A DNA stretch of 54,689 nucleotides from Oscillospiraceae bacterium (GCA_017440545.1 JAFSGZ010000009.1:1-54689); one strand, 5' to 3'. Numbered from the stretch's first letter, positions 29,409 to 39,469 are shown. Notes: generated by a model not told the origin, from the letters alone. Numbers and translations: made by a program.

Positions 29409-30269
29409 TTACATTTCTTCATCAATTTCGAGGTTTTCTTCCTCACGTGTAGGCTTGGCAGCTTTCAATATTTTAACTTCATCGCGGGTTGCCGCCACAA
29501 CACTTCCCTCTTCTTTGTCCTCTAATCTTATTTTAAGAGCACCTGATAATACAGAGGCTTCGGTTACAATTCCTTTATTTCCTTTAAAAGAAACGAGGCT
29601 TCCGACCCTTGGGGTTATTTTTAAAAGCTCATCATAAACCGACTGCTCATATTTAAGGCAGCACATAAGTCTGCCACAGGTGCCTGAAATCTTTGCAAGG
29701 TTTAAAGAAAGACCTTGGTCCTTTGCCATTTTAATTGACACCGGCTGAAACTCCGAAAGAAATGATGAACAGCAAAAGGGTCTTCCGCAAACGCCGAGTC
29801 CGCCAAGAATTTTTGACTCATCGCGAACACCTATCTGCCTGAGCTCAATTCTTGTTCTGAAAACAGAGGCTAAATCCTTTACAAGCTCTCTGAAATCTAT
29901 TCTGCCGTCGGCTGTAAAATAAAACAGAATTTTACTGTTATCAAAGGTTATTTCAACATCGACAAGCTTCATTTCGAGATTATGGTCAAGTATTTTTTGG
30001 CTGCAGATATCAAAGGCTTCCTTTTCTTTTTGACGATTTTTCTCAGCCTGCTCAATATCTTTTGGCTCAGCCTTACGCAAAACCTCTTTTAAAGGCTTAA
30101 CAATACCCTCTTCGTCAACCTCGCTTTTTTCCATTGCAACCACGCCGCACTCAAGGCCTCTTGCGGTTTCAACTATTACATAATCGCCGAGATTAAGGGT
30201 AAGGTCGCGCGGGCCGAAGTAATACACCTTGCCGCCTTCCTTAAAGCGAACACCTATTACAGTTACCAT
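29409..30269 (-). CDS. ricT: PSP1-domain protein (stage 0 sporulation YaaT/RicT)
   Basis: 286 aa. Has ..GVCGRPFCCSSFL..CGRLMCCLKYE... Sits downstream of holB, as in Bacillus. Confidence 0.85.
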   Translation of the reverse strand: MVTVIGVRFKEGGKVYYFGPRDLTLNLGDYVIVETARGLECGVVAMEKSEVDEEGIVKPLKEVLRKAEPKDIEQAEKNRQKEKEAFDICSQKILDHNLEMKLVDVEITFDNSKILFYFTADGRIDFRELVKDLASVFRTRIELRQIGVRDESKILGGLGVCGRPFCCSSFLSEFQPVSIKMAKDQGLSLNLAKISGTCGRLMCCLKYEQSVYDELLKITPRVGSLVSFKGNKGIVTEASVLSGALKIRLEDKEEGSVVAATRDEVKILKAAKPTREEENLEIDEEM

Positions 30270-30286
30270 TAATTTTATCCATTCCT

Positions 30287-31264
30287 TTATTTATTATCTA
30301 TTATATTAGCACATTCGATTTCAAATGCTGTAAGCGCTAATGAAAGTCCTACATTTCTGCTTAAATTTTCTGAAAATCTGTCGCAAGAGTCAATAATTCC
30401 CAAAATTGCCTTTAGACTTAATCTCTGAGATATTTTTAAAGCGACCTCTGTTATACTGTCTTTTTCTGCAAGAGCGAAATATGCCTCTCTGTAAATTTGC
30501 TTTACATTATTTACAAGGTTTTGCGCAAGTGTCTTTTGCTTTGAATATTTTCCGAGACTTAAATTTAAAAGTGCACGGTCCTTTTCTATTATATTTATGG
30601 CTACCGTTTGACTATCCTTTAAAATTTCTCTCTCTTGTTCATTTTGCAAAAGAGAAATTGCAGTTCCTATATTACCGCCGGAATTTTTTGCTGCCTCTTT
30701 AATTTCTTCATTTGAAAAATCGCTGTAATTTTTCTTTAAAAACGCCTCGATTTCTTCCTTTTCGGCGGGGCCCAAAGCTATTTTAGTAACCCTTGAAAGA
30801 ACCGTTGCGAGCAGTGCCTGACTGTTTTGCGAGGTTAATATAAATATACTATCCTCAGGCGGTTCTTCTATCATTTTTAAAATAGCATTTTGAGCGTATT
30901 TATTCATACGCTCTGCCTCATTTATAATAAAGAACTTAAAATCGGCATCATTTGGTTTTATGTTTATACTTGCTTTAATTGGTGCAATTTCCTTAACGCC
31001 AATGGTTTCACTTTTACCGGCAGGGAAAATATTAAAAACATCTGGGTGAATATCTTTATCAATTTTCTGGCACTGGGCACAGATGCCGCAGGGCTTATTT
31101 TTATTTTGGCAGACAAGCATTTTTATAATATGCTTTGAAAAAAACTTTTTGCCAACGCCCTTTTCGCCGCTTAGCAAAACAGCATGCGAAAGCCTACCCG
31201 ACGCAATTCCTGCTTTGATGTTTTCTAAAGGCTCTTTTTTGCCGATTAGCTCAAAACTACTCAT
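30287..31264 (-). CDS. holB: DNA polymerase III delta' subunit
   Basis: 325 aa. AAA+ clamp-loader fold (..HAVLLSGEKGVGK..) with a Cys cluster CGICAQC. Confidence 0.85.
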   Translation of the reverse strand: MSSFELIGKKEPLENIKAGIASGRLSHAVLLSGEKGVGKKFFSKHIIKMLVCQNKNKPCGICAQCQKIDKDIHPDVFNIFPAGKSETIGVKEIAPIKASINIKPNDADFKFFIINEAERMNKYAQNAILKMIEEPPEDSIFILTSQNSQALLATVLSRVTKIALGPAEKEEIEAFLKKNYSDFSNEEIKEAAKNSGGNIGTAISLLQNEQEREILKDSQTVAINIIEKDRALLNLSLGKYSKQKTLAQNLVNNVKQIYREAYFALAEKDSITEVALKISQRLSLKAILGIIDSCDRFSENLSRNVGLSLALTAFEIECANIIDNK

Positions 31265-31272
31265 AAAAAAAC

Positions 31273-31596
31273 TTATACCTTTTCAAAACGTTCGACATTC
31301 ATAACAAATATTGTGGCACCGCCAACCGAAACTTCAACAGTCATCGGGTCATACATTCCAACACCATAGCTTGTAACAGCCGGCATAGCCTGCTTACGTT
31401 TTTTACTGTGTGCCGATATGACCTCTATTGCACTGTCGACCCTATTATCATCAACGCCTATTAAAAAGGTTGTATTACCTGCCATTAAAAAGCCGCCTGT
31501 TGTGGCAAGCTTTGTTGCCTGAAAATTAGCTTTTGTAAGGGCACGCATAACGGCGTTGCTGTCGTCATTATTTACAACTGCAATTATCATTTTCAT
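31273..31596 (-). CDS. darA: Cyclic-di-AMP receptor (PII-like, YaaQ/DarA)
   Basis: MKMIIAVVNNDDSNAVMRALTKANFQATKLATTGGFL.. matches the DarA family. Start at 31596, with AAGGAG upstream. Confidence 0.75.
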   Translation of the reverse strand: MKMIIAVVNNDDSNAVMRALTKANFQATKLATTGGFLMAGNTTFLIGVDDNRVDSAIEVISAHSKKRKQAMPAVTSYGVGMYDPMTVEVSVGGATIFVMNVERFEKV

Positions 31597-31719
31597 AAAA
31601 CATTTCTCCTTTACATTGCCCTTATTTTTTAAAGACATTATATGTCGCCTTTTTAATTTTAACACATTGTTTTAAAAGTTGCAACCTTGAAATTAATGTT
31701 ATATAATAAATAAAAAAGC

Positions 31720-32571
31720 GTGGGGGTGCATATTTTGGAAAGAATATACGATTTTGTCAAATCACAGGATTTTGAAATTTTCGGTTTTTGTAAATTCAGT
31801 AATGATTTAGTAAAATTTGAAACCAAAAACAAGGCATTAATCCCACAAAATGCTAAATCAATTATAACCTTTTTATTCCCCTACAACATAGACTTTAAAG
31901 GCGAGCGTAATGTTTCTTTATACTGCATAGGCAAAGACTACCACACCATTATAAAGGATAAGCTTGATACTTTGTGTCAAAAATTAAGCGAAAAATTTCC
32001 TCAAAATACATTTTGCTCATTTTGCGATGTATCCCCTATTGACGAAGTGCGCGCTGCATATTTATCGGGTCTTGGTGTTTTAGGAAAAAACTCACTTTTA
32101 ATAAATCAAAAATACGGTTCTTACTGTTTCATAGGCGAAATTGTAACCGATTTAGAGCTTACAGGCAAGTCTTTCCCTTTAGGCTTCTGCATAAACTGCG
32201 GCAAATGCAGTGACGCCTGCTTTTCAAACGCACTTAAAAGCACAGATGGTGAGGTTTTCTTCGTTGACACTTCACTTTGTCTGTCTTTTCTTACCCAGAG
32301 CAAAAAAGAGCTTACCCAAAATGAAAAGAATTTAATTAAAAAAGGCGGTCTTGTTTGGGGATGCGATTTGTGTCAGATTTCTTGTCCTTTAAACAGCAAG
32401 GCAGAAAAAAGTCCTATAAAAGAGTTTTTTAACTCTTTACAGCCCAAAATTACAGAGGAAAGCTTAAATAGCTCTGTTAAAGACAGGGCCTACGGCTACA
32501 AAGGTAAAAACATTTTAAAACGAAATTTATGCATAATTGAAGAAAAAAGTGTTAATACTACCGATAAATAA
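31720..32571 (+). CDS. Epoxyqueuosine reductase-like Fe-S protein (QueG family, short form)
   Basis: CINCGKCSDAC and CDLCQISCP ferredoxin-type motifs. The N-terminal part resembles DUF1730. The start is uncertain: GTG at 31720 or TTG at 31735. Confidence 0.55.
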   Translation: MGVHILERIYDFVKSQDFEIFGFCKFSNDLVKFETKNKALIPQNAKSIITFLFPYNIDFKGERNVSLYCIGKDYHTIIKDKLDTLCQKLSEKFPQNTFCSFCDVSPIDEVRAAYLSGLGVLGKNSLLINQKYGSYCFIGEIVTDLELTGKSFPLGFCINCGKCSDACFSNALKSTDGEVFFVDTSLCLSFLTQSKKELTQNEKNLIKKGGLVWGCDLCQISCPLNSKAEKSPIKEFFNSLQPKITEESLNSSVKDRAYGYKGKNILKRNLCIIEEKSVNTTDK

Positions 32572-32589
32572 ATTTCGGGAGTGATATTA

Positions 32590-33000
32590 ATGCTTGTTCG
32601 TGATATTATGAGTAAGGATTTAATTACAGTTTCAAAGGATGAAAGTCTAAAAAAAGCGGCAACGCTAATGCGAGAATACGACATCGGTATTCTCCCCGTT
32701 GTTGAGGGACAAAAGCTTGTTGGCGTTGTAACCGACCGCGACATTGTAACAAGAGGCGTTTGCAAAGACGGAAACTGCAGTGATTTAAGCGTTTCGGAAA
32801 TTATGAGCAAGAGCACTATTTTTGCAAGTCCCAACCAAAGCGTTGACGAGGCTTTAAAAACTATGTCGGCACAACAAATAAGAAGAGTTCCCGTTTTAGA
32901 GCAAAATAAGCTTTGCGGAATGCTGTCGCTCGGTGATATTTCAAAATCAAAAAGCGATGTCGAGGTTTCAAAAGCACTTTGCGAAATTTCAAAGCCCTAA
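32590..33000 (+). CDS. CBS-pair domain protein
   Basis: Two CBS repeats (..DIGILPVVE..; ..IRRVPVLE..). ATG at 32590, with GGGAG upstream. Confidence 0.8.
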   Translation: MLVRDIMSKDLITVSKDESLKKAATLMREYDIGILPVVEGQKLVGVVTDRDIVTRGVCKDGNCSDLSVSEIMSKSTIFASPNQSVDEALKTMSAQQIRRVPVLEQNKLCGMLSLGDISKSKSDVEVSKALCEISKP

Positions 33001-33010
33001 ATTTTCAGAA

Positions 33011-33040
33011 AACTACCCGCAAAAGCGGGTAGTTTTTTTG
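33011..33040 (+). terminator. Rho-independent terminator
   Basis: AACTACCCGC-AAAA-GCGGGTAGTT followed by TTTTTT. Confidence 0.8.
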
Positions 33041-33170
33041 CTTTTTCACAATGAAAATAAGAGAATTTTAAAGAAAACGCAAGAAATTAAGAGGATTTAA
33101 GGGCATTTTTAAGAAAAATCGCGAACCTCATAAAAAAACAAAAAATATTTTAGAATTTTAGCAAAAGATA

Positions 33171-33199
33171 TTGACTTTTCCTCTCTTTATAACTATCAT
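33171..33199 (+). promoter_or_regulatory. Candidate sigma-A promoter for the pot operon leader
   Basis: TTGACT, 17-nt spacer, TATCAT. A TATAAT also lies 6 nt further downstream. Confidence 0.45.
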
Positions 33200-33205
33200 T
33201 ATAAT

Positions 33206-33456
33206 GTTATCTTATACTCTAATATAAATTAGTAGATATAAGGTCGTGCATCTATATGCAAAAAGTGCACCATGGTTTTATAGTTTCGTTGTTTGCCTAA
33301 AGCATTTTAGGTGAAATAAAAATCCTTTTGCGGGGTGCGAAATCAAACAACCGTGGGTTAGCAGGATATTGCGCCGTTATCCGAACCTTTTAGGCGCAAA
33401 CAGCTAATAAAAGACAGGTTTTATCACTGTCAAAAACCGCAAAGGGAGGATGCAAA
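33206..33456 (+). promoter_or_regulatory. Long structured 5' leader of potABCD (candidate cis-regulatory RNA, class unknown)
   Basis: About 250 nt lie between the promoter and potA. An 11-bp helix pairs 33323..33333 with 33437..33447 and covers part of the SD. There are internal hairpins. See findings. Confidence 0.45.
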
Positions 33457-34857
33457 ATGGGAGAAACCCCCATCATTCGTTTAGAGGACGTCGTTTTTGA
33501 GTACGACGGCGACAGGGTTCTTGATAATATTAATTTATCTATCAAGGACAAAGAATTTGTTACGCTTTTAGGCCCTTCGGGCTGCGGCAAAACCACAATG
33601 CTTCGCATTATCGGCGGATTTATGAACGCCAAAAGCGGTAATGTTTATTTTGACGGCAAGGAATGCTCAAACATTCCACCCAACAAAAGAAACATTAACA
33701 CCGTTTTTCAAAGATATGCGCTTTTCCCCCATCTTAATGTTTTTGATAATGTTGCATTTGGTTTAAAGATAAAAATGCTGCCCGCTGACGAGATTAAAAA
33801 GCGTGTTTCCAAAATGCTTGAAATGGTTAACCTTAAGGGCTTTGAAAAAAGGCGTGTAAACCATTTATCAGGCGGACAGCAGCAGAGAGTTGCTATTGCA
33901 AGAGCACTTGTAAATTATCCGAGAGTGCTTTTATTAGACGAGCCGCTCGGCGCGCTTGACCTAAAGCTTAGAAAAGAAATGCAGCTCGAGCTTAAGGAAA
34001 TTCAGAAAAATCTTAATATCACTTTTATTTATGTTACACACGACCAAGAGGAAGCTCTTACTATGTCGGACACCGTTGTTGTTATGAAGGACGGTGTTAT
34101 TCAGCAGGTGGGCACCCCTCAGGATATATATAATGAACCCCAAAATGCCTTTGTTGCCGACTTTATCGGCGAGAGCAACATAATTGATGCTGTTATGGTA
34201 AAGGACTTTTTGGTGCGTTTTCAGGGTCACGACTTTGTTTGCGTTGACAAAGGCTTTGCACCTATGCAGCCGGTTGATGTTGTTATAAGACCCGAGGACA
34301 TTAAAATTTCACCTTCTATCAAGGGTATGATAGACGGTGTGGTTGAATCGGTTGTATTTAAAGGCGTGCACTACGAGATAAGCGTTAACTGCGGCGGCTT
34401 TACTTACATTGTTCATTCGACAATGTCGCAAGAGGTGGGTAATGCCGTAGGATTAAGCTTCGACCCATGCGACATCCACATTATGACAAGACTTTTCCCC
34501 GATGACAAAACTGTTGTTGAGGGAGAGGTTGTAGGTGAAAATACCATTGAATTTTGCGGCTTTAGCTTTGAAAGAGAAAACCTGAATCTTTCAGAGGGCG
34601 AGCGCGTTTTACTTACAATTTACCCCGAGGATATATCTGTTGTATCCGAGGATATTGCCGATTCAAAGGCTTATTTGGAGTCGCTCGTTTATAAGGGCAG
34701 ACATAACGAGCTTATTGTTTGGATGGCAGAGCGTCAGTGGCTTATTCATTCGCAGTTAGACGAGCAGGTTGCCACCGACATCGGCATTAAATTTAACTTT
34801 GACAACATAAAAATCACTCCGCTTACCGCTAAGGAGGTGGCAGAGGTTGAAGAATAA
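33457..34857 (+). CDS. potA: Spermidine/putrescine ABC transporter ATP-binding protein, extended form
   Basis: [28 protein letters not shown]. 466 aa with two C-terminal TOBE-like segments. Confidence 0.85.
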   Translation: MGETPIIRLEDVVFEYDGDRVLDNINLSIKDKEFVTLLGPSGCGKTTMLRIIGGFMNAKSGNVYFDGKECSNIPPNKRNINTVFQRYALFPHLNVFDNVAFGLKIKMLPADEIKKRVSKMLEMVNLKGFEKRRVNHLSGGQQQRVAIARALVNYPRVLLLDEPLGALDLKLRKEMQLELKEIQKNLNITFIYVTHDQEEALTMSDTVVVMKDGVIQQVGTPQDIYNEPQNAFVADFIGESNIIDAVMVKDFLVRFQGHDFVCVDKGFAPMQPVDVVIRPEDIKISPSIKGMIDGVVESVVFKGVHYEISVNCGGFTYIVHSTMSQEVGNAVGLSFDPCDIHIMTRLFPDDKTVVEGEVVGENTIEFCGFSFERENLNLSEGERVLLTIYPEDISVVSEDIADSKAYLESLVYKGRHNELIVWMAERQWLIHSQLDEQVATDIGIKFNFDNIKITPLTAKEVAEVEE

Positions 34858-35668
34858 GGCACTTGCTATTCCCCACATTGTTTGGTCAATAGTGTTTATA
34901 GTAGTACCATTGTGCTTTGTTCTTTACTTTGCATTTACAGCCGACGACGGAAGCTTTACTCTTTCGTGGTTTTTAGAGGCAGGCAGATTTGCAGGTGTGT
35001 TTGCTCGTTCACTTAAGCTTGCGCTTATTGCAACTGTAATTTGCCTTGTTGTTGGTTATCCTATGGCTTATATCATTTCGAGAACAAGCTGGATTACTCA
35101 AAAAACACTTATAATGCTTATAATGCTTCCTATGTGGATGAACTTTCTTTTAAGAACATACGCTTGGATGACTCTGCTTGAGAAAAACGGCATTATAAAC
35201 AATATTTTAGAGGCGCTGGGTATATTTAATTTACTCGGCATCACAGAGCCCCTTAAAATGATTAACACAGAAGGCGCAATTATAATCGGTATGGTTTATA
35301 ACTTCCTTCCCTTTATGATTATTCCTCTTTATAACATTATGGTTAAAATTGATAACAGCTTAATTGAAGCATCGCGAGATTTAGGCTGTAACGGCTTTAA
35401 TGTATTCAGACGTGTGCTTCTCCCATTAAGTGTACCAGGCATTATCAACGGAATTACTATGGTTTTTGTTCCTGCAGCTTCCACCTTTGTTATTTCTCAA
35501 AAGCTTGGTGGAGCTAAGAATATGCTTATTGGTGACCTTATCGACATTTATTTTATGGGTGGAGAGCCAAACTTTCACATAGGTTCGGTTTTATCTCTGA
35601 TTCTTATGCTTATAATTTTAATTTGTATGGCGTTTATGAAGCAAAGTGATGAGGAGGTTATGCTGTAA
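34847..35668 (+). CDS. potB: Spermidine/putrescine ABC permease
   Basis: TTG start preceded by AAGGAGGTGG. Multi-TM protein with an EAA-like loop (..EASRDLG..). Confidence 0.85.
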   Translation: MKNKALAIPHIVWSIVFIVVPLCFVLYFAFTADDGSFTLSWFLEAGRFAGVFARSLKLALIATVICLVVGYPMAYIISRTSWITQKTLIMLIMLPMWMNFLLRTYAWMTLLEKNGIINNILEALGIFNLLGITEPLKMINTEGAIIIGMVYNFLPFMIIPLYNIMVKIDNSLIEASRDLGCNGFNVFRRVLLPLSVPGIINGITMVFVPAASTFVISQKLGGAKNMLIGDLIDIYFMGGEPNFHIGSVLSLILMLIILICMAFMKQSDEEVML

Positions 35669-36465
35669 TGAAAAAGGCCTTCTCAAAAGTTTATCTCTCT
35701 ATTGTATATTTGTTTTTATATTTGCCTATTTTGATTTTGATTGTTTTTTCATTCAATGAGTCAAAAAGCAAATCGCATTTTACTGGATTTTCGCTTCGCT
35801 GGTATGAGGTTTTATTTGAAGACGAGCTTATAATGTCTTCGCTTATGAACACCCTTTTGTTAGCGGCAATATCATCTGTAATTGCAACCGTTATAGGCAC
35901 AATGGCGGCTATTGGCATTTATAGTCTTGGCAAAAAAAGCCGAGCTGTTGTAATGTCTGTAACTAATCTTCCTATGGTTAACCCCGAGGTTGTAACAGGT
36001 ATATCACTTATGCTTTTGTTTGTGTTTGTATCATCTGTTATCGGTATAAGCCAAGGGTTTTACTCTGTGCTTATTGCACACATTACATTTAATCTTCCCT
36101 ATGTAATTTTAAATGTGCTTCCAAAGCTATATCAGGTTAATGCAAACCTTTTTGAAGCGGCGCTTGATTTGGGCTGCACCAAAAAGCAGGCATTTTTTAA
36201 GGTTATACTGCCCGAAATTATGCCGGGTGTATTCTCAGGCTTTTTAATGGCAGTTACCCTTTCGCTTGACGACTTTATCATAAGCTATTTTACAAGCGGA
36301 AGCGATTTTCAGACACTTCCCGTTACCATTTACAGTATGCTCAGAAAGCAGGTTCCCCCTTCGCTTAATGCGCTGTCCACCCTTTTATTTGTGGCTGTAC
36401 TGGTAATCTTATTAATTTCAAACATTTCGGCAATCAGAAAGGAAAAAGCCGAAAGGAAAAAGTAA
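35668..36465 (+). CDS. potC: Spermidine/putrescine ABC permease
   Basis: TAATG overlap with potB. Has ..EAALDLGC... Multi-TM. Confidence 0.85.
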   Translation: MKKAFSKVYLSIVYLFLYLPILILIVFSFNESKSKSHFTGFSLRWYEVLFEDELIMSSLMNTLLLAAISSVIATVIGTMAAIGIYSLGKKSRAVVMSVTNLPMVNPEVVTGISLMLLFVFVSSVIGISQGFYSVLIAHITFNLPYVILNVLPKLYQVNANLFEAALDLGCTKKQAFFKVILPEIMPGVFSGFLMAVTLSLDDFIISYFTSGSDFQTLPVTIYSMLRKQVPPSLNALSTLLFVAVLVILLISNISAIRKEKAERKK

Positions 36466-36491
36466 AAATTTATTTTGAAAGGTTTTGAAAA

Positions 36492-37565
36492 ATGAAAAAA
36501 ATTATTTCATATGTTCTTATTTTAGTTTCACTTTTTAGTTTTTTTGCCCTCACAGGCTGCGGAAAAAAATATGAGGCAACCTTAATAGTTTACAACTGGG
36601 GCGGACCTTATATGTCAGAAGGTTCAAATGACACCGTTGACCTTAATAAGAGATTTGAAGAAAAATACAATGTTAAGATTAAATACCGTACCTACGACTC
36701 AAACGAGGCTATGTATGCCAAAATTAAAAACGGCGGTGCCGAGTATGATATTATAATCCCCTCGGATTATATGGTTGCAAGACTTATTGAAGAGGATTTA
36801 CTCGAAAAGCTCGATTTTTCTAACATTCCTCTTTTTGAAACAAACATTATGGACGAATTTAAAAATCGTGATTACGACCCTAAAAACGAATATTCTGTTC
36901 CTTACTCTTGGGGTCTTGTAGGTATTGTTTACAACAAAAAGCTTGTAAAAGAGCCTGTTGACAGCTACTCAATTCTTTGGGACAAAAAGTACGCTGACAA
37001 TGTTTTAATGTTTAACAATCCCCGTGATGCCTTTGCAGTTGCTCAAACACTTTTAGGCTATTCGCAAAACACCACAAACAAGGATGAAATTAAAGAGTGC
37101 TATGACAAGCTTTTAGCCCAAAAGGATGTTGTTCAGGGCTATTATATGGACGAGATTTACGAAAAAATGATTAACGAGGACGCCGCTATTGCAACCTACT
37201 ATGCAGGTGATGCTCTTGTTATGATGGAGGAAAATGAAAATCTCGCCTTTGCTTATCCAAAAGAGGGCACAAACCGTTTTGGAGATGCATTCTGTATTCC
37301 TAAAGGAAGCAAAAACAAGAAATGGGCAGAAACCTATATTAACTTTATGTTAGAAGGCGAAAATGCTCTTTTGAACAGCGAGGTTACAGGCTACTGCACT
37401 CCTAACAGTGCGGCATTTGAGCTCTTAGACGAAGAAACCAAAAATAACGAGCTCATGTATCCAAGCGAGGATTATCTTAAAAAGTGCGAATCGTTTATTC
37501 ATCTTCCCAGCGAAATTAACACCTATGTTCAGGATTTATGGATAAACATTAAAACCGAAGATTAA
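36492..37565 (+). CDS. potD: Spermidine/putrescine-binding lipoprotein
   Basis: Lipobox ..LTGC.., 357 aa. PotD-like (..YNWG.., ..IIIPSDYM..). Confidence 0.85.
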   Translation: MKKIISYVLILVSLFSFFALTGCGKKYEATLIVYNWGGPYMSEGSNDTVDLNKRFEEKYNVKIKYRTYDSNEAMYAKIKNGGAEYDIIIPSDYMVARLIEEDLLEKLDFSNIPLFETNIMDEFKNRDYDPKNEYSVPYSWGLVGIVYNKKLVKEPVDSYSILWDKKYADNVLMFNNPRDAFAVAQTLLGYSQNTTNKDEIKECYDKLLAQKDVVQGYYMDEIYEKMINEDAAIATYYAGDALVMMEENENLAFAYPKEGTNRFGDAFCIPKGSKNKKWAETYINFMLEGENALLNSEVTGYCTPNSAAFELLDEETKNNELMYPSEDYLKKCESFIHLPSEINTYVQDLWINIKTED

Positions 37566-37570
37566 TTTTT

Positions 37571-37600
37571 AAAGGGCATCTAAATTTAGATGCCCTTTTT
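37571..37600 (+). terminator. Rho-independent terminator after potD
   Basis: GGGCATCTAAA/TTTAGATGCCC stem followed by TTTTT. Confidence 0.8.
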
Positions 37601-37630
37601 GTATAAGTCTTCATTTTTATGTCAATTATA
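37601..37630 (+). promoter_or_regulatory. Weak candidate forespore (sigma-F-type) promoter for spoIIR
   Basis: GTATA, 15-nt spacer, GTCAATTATA. This is only a partial match to the remembered consensus GYATA-15-GGnnAnAnTa. Confidence 0.25.
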
Positions 37631-37661
37631 CTATCACCTACATAAAAAAGGAGACATAAAA

Positions 37662-38246
37662 ATGAAAAAAATTGAATTTTCTTTAGCGGTCGGACTTATT
37701 ATTTCTGTTATTCTATCGGGCTTTAGTGTTTTTGCAAAGGATATGGACAATGTCAGAAGCAACGTTTTAAGGCTTCACATTCTTGCAAACTCGGATAGCG
37801 AGTACGACCAAAGCTTAAAGCTTTTAGTGCGTGATGCCGTTTTAAAGGAAACGGGAGATATTTTTGAAAATCTTAAAAGTGTAGCTGAAGCTAAAAATAG
37901 CGCCGAGCAAAACTTAGGCAAAATAAAAGAAGTTGCTGAGCGTGTTATCTCTGAAAACGGACAAAACTATTCTATTAATGCTTACATTTGCAATATGTAT
38001 TTTGAAACAAGGGTTTACGAGAATTTTACACTTCCTGCAGGCTATTATGACGCTGTAAGAATAGAAATCGGAAAGGCAGAAGGCAAAAACTGGTGGTGTG
38101 TTATGTTCCCCTCGCTTTGTGTGCCTGCAGCAAGCCAAAACTGTATGCAGGAGGTTTTTACACAAAGAGAGATTGATGAGCTTACAAGCCCCAAATTCGA
38201 GGCTAAATTTTTAATTCTTGAGCTTTTTAAAAAGGCAACAAAATAA
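37662..38246 (+). CDS. spoIIR: Stage II sporulation protein R
   Basis: Signal/TM segment then ..VLRLHILANSDS..DQ..KL.VRD.. and ..NWWCVMFPSLC... Start at 37662, with AAGGAG upstream. Confidence 0.85.
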   Translation: MKKIEFSLAVGLIISVILSGFSVFAKDMDNVRSNVLRLHILANSDSEYDQSLKLLVRDAVLKETGDIFENLKSVAEAKNSAEQNLGKIKEVAERVISENGQNYSINAYICNMYFETRVYENFTLPAGYYDAVRIEIGKAEGKNWWCVMFPSLCVPAASQNCMQEVFTQREIDELTSPKFEAKFLILELFKKATK

Positions 38247-38270
38247 GGGTAAAAAAATGTCCTTTTTTGC

Positions 38271-38299
38271 TTGACAACATAAAAAAGCTGTGGTATCAT
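38271..38299 (+). promoter_or_regulatory. Sigma-A promoter for rplU-prp-rpmA
   Basis: TTGACA, 17-nt spacer, TATCAT, with a TGg extended -10. Confidence 0.55.
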
Positions 38300-38305
38300 A
38301 TAAAG

Positions 38306-38399
38306 GCCGCATGGTTGAGGCAGGGCGTATTATGCCCAAAAGCACGGATTACCGTCGCCTTAAACAGCGAGATTATAGTAGAGGCAGGTGCCCAACACG
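38306..38399 (+). promoter_or_regulatory. rplU 5' leader (possible L21-leader-type element)
   Basis: A GC-richer untranslated region of about 95 nt between the promoter and rplU. Firmicute rplU operons commonly carry an L21 leader. The fold was not verified. Confidence 0.4.
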
Positions 38400-38711
38400 A
38401 TGTACGCTATCATTGAAACCGGCGGTAAGCAGTACCGTGTCGAGCAGGGCAACATTATTTACATCGAGAAGCTCGATGTTAACACCGATGATGTTGTTAC
38501 TTTCGACAAAGTTACTTTTATTGGCGGAGAGAAAAAAGTTCGCGTAGGTGCTCCTTATGTTAAGGACGCAACCGTAACCGCAAAGGTCCTCAAAAATGGC
38601 AAAGCCAAGAAGGTTACTGTATTTACATACAGACCTAAGAAGGACAGCAAGCGTAAACTCGGTCATAGACAACCTTACACCAAGGTTCAAATTGACGCAA
38701 TTAACGCTTAA
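38400..38711 (+). CDS. rplU: 50S ribosomal protein L21
   Basis: [14 protein letters not shown].. is the canonical L21 N-terminus. Confidence 0.92.
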   Translation: MYAIIETGGKQYRVEQGNIIYIEKLDVNTDDVVTFDKVTFIGGEKKVRVGAPYVKDATVTAKVLKNGKAKKVTVFTYRPKKDSKRKLGHRQPYTKVQIDAINA

Positions 38712-38720
38712 TTTCATCCC

Positions 38721-39035
38721 ATGATAAATGCACGATTTTTTGAAAAAGACAAAAAAATAGTTTCGTTTAGCATAAGCGGACATGCAGGCTTCGAGGATTA
38801 CGGCAAGGACATTGTTTGCGCCGGTGTTACCTCTGCTGTTATGACCGTTATAAACGGCATTACAGAGTGCGCTAAGGTGCCTTGTGATGTTAAGGTTTTG
38901 GAAAATGAAATTATTTGCAAGGTCTTAGAAAAAGACAAGACAGCCGAATGTATGCTCTCTTCTCTGAAGCTTCAGCTTGAGATTTTAAGTGAGCAGTACG
39001 ACGGCACCATTAATATTACGGTTACGGAGGTGTAA
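38721..39035 (+). CDS. prp: Ribosomal-processing cysteine protease Prp
   Basis: 104 aa between rplU and rpmA. Has ..SGHAGF.. and ..VCAGVS.., the catalytic His/Cys pattern. Confidence 0.85.
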   Translation: MINARFFEKDKKIVSFSISGHAGFEDYGKDIVCAGVTSAVMTVINGITECAKVPCDVKVLENEIICKVLEKDKTAECMLSSLKLQLEILSEQYDGTINITVTEV

Positions 39036-39037
39036 CA

Positions 39038-39322
39038 ATGATTCGTTTAAATCTTCAGTTCTTCGCTCATAAAAAGGGAGTCGGTTCTACAAAGAACGGT
39101 CGTGATTCCGAATCAAAGCGTCTCGGCGTTAAAAGAGCAGACGGTCAGTTCGTTCTTGCCGGAAACATTTTGGTTCGCCAGAGAGGTACACACATTCACC
39201 CCGGTGAAAACGTTGGTATCGGTTCTGATGATACCTTGTTTGCTAAAATTGATGGCAAGGTAAAATTTGAAAGAGTCGGTCGTGACCGCAAGAGAGTTTG
39301 CGTTTACGCCGTCGAGCAATAA
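39038..39322 (+). CDS. rpmA: 50S ribosomal protein L27 (with Prp-cleaved N-terminal extension)
   Basis: [24 protein letters not shown]... The extension ends in FF/AHKKG, as in Firmicutes. Confidence 0.92.
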   Translation: MIRLNLQFFAHKKGVGSTKNGRDSESKRLGVKRADGQFVLAGNILVRQRGTHIHPGENVGIGSDDTLFAKIDGKVKFERVGRDRKRVCVYAVEQ

Positions 39323-39334
39323 GAACACAAATTT

Positions 39335-39366
39335 AAAGCTCTGCTTTTGCAGGGCTTTATTTTTTT
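39335..39366 (+). terminator. Rho-independent terminator after rpmA
   Basis: GCTCTGC/GCAGGGC stem followed by a T-run. Confidence 0.7.
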
Positions 39367-39469
39367 ACCTTTTGTTAACAAAAAAGCTTATAAAAAATAT
39401 TGTTATTTGGAATAGATATGTGCTATACTATTAAGGTAGATTATTTTGCCTTTTGAAAGGATAATATTG

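Noticed and set aside
33041-33170. Repeated TTTTAAG/AATTTTAG-type words upstream of the pot promoter
   Set aside because: This is low-complexity A/T-rich sequence. It may be an UP-element-like region, but the repeats are short and imperfect.
38373-38783. 136-aa minus-strand ORF
   Set aside because: It is antisense to rplU and prp, which are unambiguous.
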